From an uncultured Actinomycetota bacterium (GTDB lineage: Bacteria; Actinomycetota; Actinomycetes; JAHEKZ01): a stretch of 64,000 nt of DNA. Every line of letters begins with the position of its first letter. The first letter of the stretch is position 1. This document shows positions 60,262 to 64,000 of the stretch, in pieces. Where the stretch lies: the NCBI GenBank assembly GCA_963726575.1, contig CAVSCR010000005.1:369130-433129 (forward strand). The letters are read 5' to 3'. The notes beneath the pieces are model-generated. The model was not told the DNA's origin. It did no database searches and saw nothing but the letters and a program-made list of their open reading frames with translations. Both the position numbers and the translations under genes were made by a program.

Positions 60262-60945
60262 TTACCGAGGGGTAACCCCGCCGTCAGCTCCGTCGAGGTG
60301 GCGCATGTCGAAGTAGCGCAGACTGCGCTGCGGCCAGGGCGCGTCCGCGGGCCGTAGCGTTCGCCACCGCTCGTCGCGGGCCCGAGCCACCGCGAACACC
60401 GACGCCACCGCCATAGCGTTGTGGATCCGTCCCTCCGCGGCCGCGGTGACCGCCGCATTCAGCTCGACCCACATCATCGGCATGTCCCGCTCTTCGGCCG
60501 TGGGTACATGACGTTGCTCGACCGGCACCACGGTCAGATCGCGTGCGAGGTACACGCGGTACGCCTCGCTGCACATGCCAGGCGACGAGTACACGTCGAT
60601 CAGCACATCCCAACGGGTCGCGCGCAGATGCGCCTCTTCGAACAGTTCCCGGTGGGCGGCCTGCAGCGCATCCTCACCAGCGACGTCGAGCAGGCCGGCG
60701 GGCAGCTCCCAGAGCTCACTGCGGACAGGGTGACGATACTGACGCAACAACAGGACGCGGTCGGCCTCGTCGAGAGCCACAATTCCGACCGCGCCGGGGT
60801 GCACGACGACGTCGCGTCGCACGGTGGTGTCGGCGTCCAGCTCGACCGTCTCGGTCACCACGTCCCACTTCATGCCCTGGTATCGGGGGGTGATCTCGGT
60901 GACCGGCCGCTGCTCAGGCAGGTCGGACAGCTCAGGGTGGCTCAC
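60262..60945 (-). CDS. NUDIX hydrolase (ADP-ribose pyrophosphatase-like)
   Basis: The Nudix box is present ([28 protein letters not shown]). Confidence 0.8.
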   Translation of the reverse strand: MSHPELSDLPEQRPVTEITPRYQGMKWDVVTETVELDADTTVRRDVVVHPGAVGIVALDEADRVLLLRQYRHPVRSELWELPAGLLDVAGEDALQAAHRELFEEAHLRATRWDVLIDVYSSPGMCSEAYRVYLARDLTVVPVEQRHVPTAEERDMPMMWVELNAAVTAAAEGRIHNAMAVASVFAVARARDERWRTLRPADAPWPQRSLRYFDMRHLDGADGGVTPR

Positions 60946-62687
60946 GGGGTGGGGACGGACTCGGCGTCGACCTCGGGGATCAGCTCCACCTGCTCCGGCT
61001 TGCGGGCCAGTGCGGCTGCGACCAGGCCGACGAACAGGGGGTGTGCACGGGTGGGTCGGGAACGAAGCTCCGGATGGGCTTGTGTCGACACGTAGTACGG
61101 ATGAGCGTCCCTCGACAGCTCTACGAACTCCACGAGCCGGCCGTCCGGAGACGCGCCGGAGACGACCAGTCCGGCGGCCTCGAGCCTTGGCCGGTAGTCG
61201 TTGTTGACCTCGAAGCGATGGCGGTGGCGTTCCTCCACGTACGGCTCGCCGTACTGCTCACGTACGACCGATCCCTCCAGCAGCTTCGCCGGATACAGGC
61301 CGAGTCGCATCGTTCCGCCCATGTCCCGTTCACCGGCCACCACCTCACGTTGGTCGGCCATGGTGGCGATGACGGGGTGTGGCGTGCTGTCATCGAACTC
61401 CGCAGAGTTCGCATCCTCCAGCCCCAGAATGTTGCGCGCGTACTCGATCACCATGCATTGCAGGCCCAGGCAGAGACCGAGCGTCGGGATCCGGTGCTCC
61501 CGTGCGTAACGCAACGCACCGAGCTTGCCCTCGATGCCACGAACGCCGAAACCACCGGGAACACAGACCGCGTCCACGTCACCGAGCTGTCGCGCTGCGC
61601 CGTCCGGGGTGGCGCACTCATCGGAGGAGACCCACACCACGGTCACGCGAGCGTCGTTGGCGAACCCGCCGGCGCGCAGAGCCTCCGTGACGGACAAGTA
61701 CGCGTCCGGAAGGTCGATGTACTTACCCACCAAGGCGATTCGCACGTCGTGCGCAGGTCGGTGCACGCGTCGCAACAGCTCGTCCCACTCGGTCCAGTCG
61801 ACGTCGCGGAAGGGCAGGTCGAGCCGGCGCACGACGTAGGCGTCGAGTCCTTCGGCGTGCAGCACCTTCGGGATGTCGTAGATCGAGGGTGCGTCGACCG
61901 CGGCAACGACCGCCTCGTTGTCGACGTCGCACATCAGGCCGATCTTCGACTTGATCGTGGGCGGTACCGGCCGGTCGGCGCGAAGCACCACAGCGTCCGG
62001 CTGGATACCGATCGAACGCAGTGCCGCGACGGAGTGCTGCGTCGGCTTCGTCTTGAGCTCACCAGACGGGCCGATGTAGGGAAGCAACGACACGTGGACC
62101 ACGAAGGTGTTGTCGCGTCCCACCTCATGACGCACCTGGCGTACGGCTTCCAGGAAAGGCAGCGACTCGATGTCACCCACGGTGCCGCCGACCTCGGTGA
62201 TCACGACGTCGACCTCAGGCGTCGCCATGCGCCGGATCCGCGCCTTGATCTCGTTGGTGATGTGCGGGATCACCTGCACCGTGTCGCCGAGGTACTCACC
62301 CCGGCGTTCCTTGGCGATGACCGTGGAGTACACCTGACCGGTGGTGACGTTGGCGGAGCCGGCGAGGTCACGGTCCAGGAAGCGCTCGTAGTGCCCGATG
62401 TCCAGGTCGGTCTCGGTGCCGTCGTCGGTGACGAAGACCTCGCCGTGCTGGAACGGGTTCATCGTGCCGGGGTCGACGTTGAGATAGGGGTCGAGCTTCT
62501 GCATGGTGACCCGCAGTCCTCGGGCCTTCAGCAGGTTGCCCAGTGACGACGCGGTGAGTCCCTTGCCCAGAGAGGAGGCCACGCCCCCCGTGACGAAGAT
62601 GTGCTTGGTGGTCTGCGCACCGGCCAAAGCGAACTCCCGTGGTCGTTCCCGAACTGGTCCTTGCGGGTGATCCGACGTCATCGTCAT
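60942..62687 (-). CDS. pyrG: CTP synthase
   Basis: Full-length PyrG similarity is present ([14 protein letters not shown]). The GATase domain carries the catalytic triad (GLCLGLQ). The start is assigned to MTMTSDHPQ, and the 167-aa upstream extension was rejected. Confidence 0.9.
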   Translation of the reverse strand: MTMTSDHPQGPVRERPREFALAGAQTTKHIFVTGGVASSLGKGLTASSLGNLLKARGLRVTMQKLDPYLNVDPGTMNPFQHGEVFVTDDGTETDLDIGHYERFLDRDLAGSANVTTGQVYSTVIAKERRGEYLGDTVQVIPHITNEIKARIRRMATPEVDVVITEVGGTVGDIESLPFLEAVRQVRHEVGRDNTFVVHVSLLPYIGPSGELKTKPTQHSVAALRSIGIQPDAVVLRADRPVPPTIKSKIGLMCDVDNEAVVAAVDAPSIYDIPKVLHAEGLDAYVVRRLDLPFRDVDWTEWDELLRRVHRPAHDVRIALVGKYIDLPDAYLSVTEALRAGGFANDARVTVVWVSSDECATPDGAARQLGDVDAVCVPGGFGVRGIEGKLGALRYAREHRIPTLGLCLGLQCMVIEYARNILGLEDANSAEFDDSTPHPVIATMADQREVVAGERDMGGTMRLGLYPAKLLEGSVVREQYGEPYVEERHRHRFEVNNDYRPRLEAAGLVVSGASPDGRLVEFVELSRDAHPYYVSTQAHPELRSRPTRAHPLFVGLVAAALARKPEQVELIPEVDAESVPTP

Positions 62688-62709
62688 CGATCCACGGGCC
62701 ACCAGGCTA

Positions 62710-64000
62710 TCAGTCCGGGGTCGGGCCGCCGTCGCCTCGACGCGCCAGCTGACGCAGGTCCGAGTGGTCCAGCCACCAGACCACGGGCAGATAGGCAGCC
62801 ACCACCACCGCACCGGCCAAGAGCGCCGTCGCCGCCGAGCCCCAGACCCCGAGCCAGGGCGACCAGGTCGCGACGAGTCGGCCGGCGCCCGTGGCCACCG
62901 CGAGTGCCACGACCGCAGTGAGGGCCGCACGGCCGAGCCGGTCGAGAGCACCGGATCCGACGACCCGTCCCACCGCGACCACCAACGCGACGCCTGCCAC
63001 GAGCAGTCCGACGCTCGTGGCGGCCGCCACGCCAGGCACCACCGAGTGAGACGGCAGCGTCCGGCTGGCTGCGACAGCCAGCACCAGGGCGATCGTCCAA
63101 CCGGCCACCGTGATGCCGGCGGCCAGCTTCCCGCGATGGGCGGCGTAGAGCACCCGCCCCCCGAACCCGACCAGCGCGAAGCCGACAACTCCCAGGGCGA
63201 GGGCGGTGATCGACGAGGCGAGCTCCGGTGAGCTGGGCCGCCCCGGCGCGCCCTCCACGAGGAACCTCGCCAGCGGCCCTGCGATCGCGGCCAACCCGGC
63301 CGCCCCGAGGCCGGAGAGCAGCACGACCGCGCGCATCGAGACGGCCGTTGTCCCGGCGAACGCGGTGCGCTCCCCCTCGTCGTGCTGGGTCGCCAGGCGG
63401 GGAAACACGCTCGTGGCCACCGGAAACACGAGGACGGCCCACGGCAGCAGCAACACGGTCCAGGCGAGGACGAAGACGACAGAGGCCCCTTGCGGGCCGT
63501 TGTCGTTCACCAGACGCAGTGACACGGCGTAGGCGATCCACTGCGCGGCGACCGTGACCAGTCCGGCTGCGGCCAACGAACGCGCGCGCGGCCCGACCTC
63601 GTCGGGAAAGCCTAGGCGGGGTCGGACGAGCAGACCTCGTCGCCACGACGCAGGCACCTGCGTCAGGAGCAGTACCAGCACGCCCAACGTGGTGCCGGCT
63701 CCGAGCAGCCACAGTTGCGAGGTGGTCAGCGTGACCAGCGATCCGGCGTCATTGCCGGCTGACACGGCGTAGGTGAGATACACGACGATGACCACGAGAC
63801 TGGACAGCAGTGGCGCCAGTGCGGGCGCCGCGAACCGGTGCCCGGCCTGCAACGCGCCCTGGCTGACGACCGTGAGTCCGTAGATCGGGATTTGTAGTGC
63901 GAACAGGCCCAACAGCGCGGCCGCCGTGGCGTGCACGTCTGAGGCCGAGCAGCCAACTCCTGCGTCTCCGATCAGCAAGGAGGCGAGCGGGTCCCGCAAC
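62710..64000 (-). CDS. murJ: Lipid II flippase MurJ (MviN), 5'-truncated by the window edge
   Basis: A multi-TM MOP-superfamily protein with a MurJ-like C-terminal half. The gene continues beyond nt 64000. Confidence 0.65.
   Translation of the reverse strand, partial: LRDPLASLLIGDAGVGCSASDVHATAAALLGLFALQIPIYGLTVVSQGALQAGHRFAAPALAPLLSSLVVIVVYLTYAVSAGNDAGSLVTLTTSQLWLLGAGTTLGVLVLLLTQVPASWRRGLLVRPRLGFPDEVGPRARSLAAAGLVTVAAQWIAYAVSLRLVNDNGPQGASVVFVLAWTVLLLPWAVLVFPVATSVFPRLATQHDEGERTAFAGTTAVSMRAVVLLSGLGAAGLAAIAGPLARFLVEGAPGRPSSPELASSITALALGVVGFALVGFGGRVLYAAHRGKLAAGITVAGWTIALVLAVAASRTLPSHSVVPGVAAATSVGLLVAGVALVVAVGRVVGSGALDRLGRAALTAVVALAVATGAGRLVATWSPWLGVWGSAATALLAGAVVVAAYLPVVWWLDHSDLRQLARRGDGGPTPD

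Noticed and set aside
62688-63188. 167-aa N-terminal extension of the pyrG ORF
   Set aside because: The extension is Trp/Arg/Ser-rich with no CTP-synthase homology, and it overlaps the murJ gene in another frame. PyrG homology starts at MTMTSDHPQ.

Overview
This is a high-GC actinobacterial chromosomal window that is densely coding and shows frequent GTGA/ATGA start-stop overlaps. It is a mosaic: conserved core blocks, whose gene order matches Mycobacterium tuberculosis syntenic blocks, are separated by accessory insertions. The core blocks are pafB-pafC-tatA-tatC-helY, a 5'-3' exonuclease and pepE, lnt-ppm1-fxsA-rbpA, the gcvP/gcvH-garA-MerR-DUF151-MerR-DUF881-sbp-DUF881-pgsA block, and der-cmk-rluB-scpB-scpA-parA-xerD-ald-nudix-pyrG-murJ.

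The most notable accessory content is:
- A lysine/beta-lysine catabolism cluster of the lysine-fermentation type. It contains an Lrp regulator, KamA, a Kdd-like dehydrogenase, an amidohydrolase, KamD, KamE and a Kal-like hotdog protein. No Kce is present, and the cluster is translationally coupled into lnt.
- An SrsABC-like phenolic-lipid operon: a type III PKS, an ICMT-type methyltransferase and an FAD oxidoreductase.
- A tandem glycine riboswitch upstream of gcvP.
- A DUF222/HNH (13E12-like) endonuclease.
- A GarA homolog carrying an extra N-terminal zinc ribbon.
- A DoxX-Rieske fusion protein.
- A tRNA-Pro(GGG).

No CRISPR array, rRNA or recognisable transposase/integrase was seen. Many long antisense ORFs in the six-frame track are high-GC artefacts. 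All assignments are from reading the translated ORFs by eye, with no database searches run.
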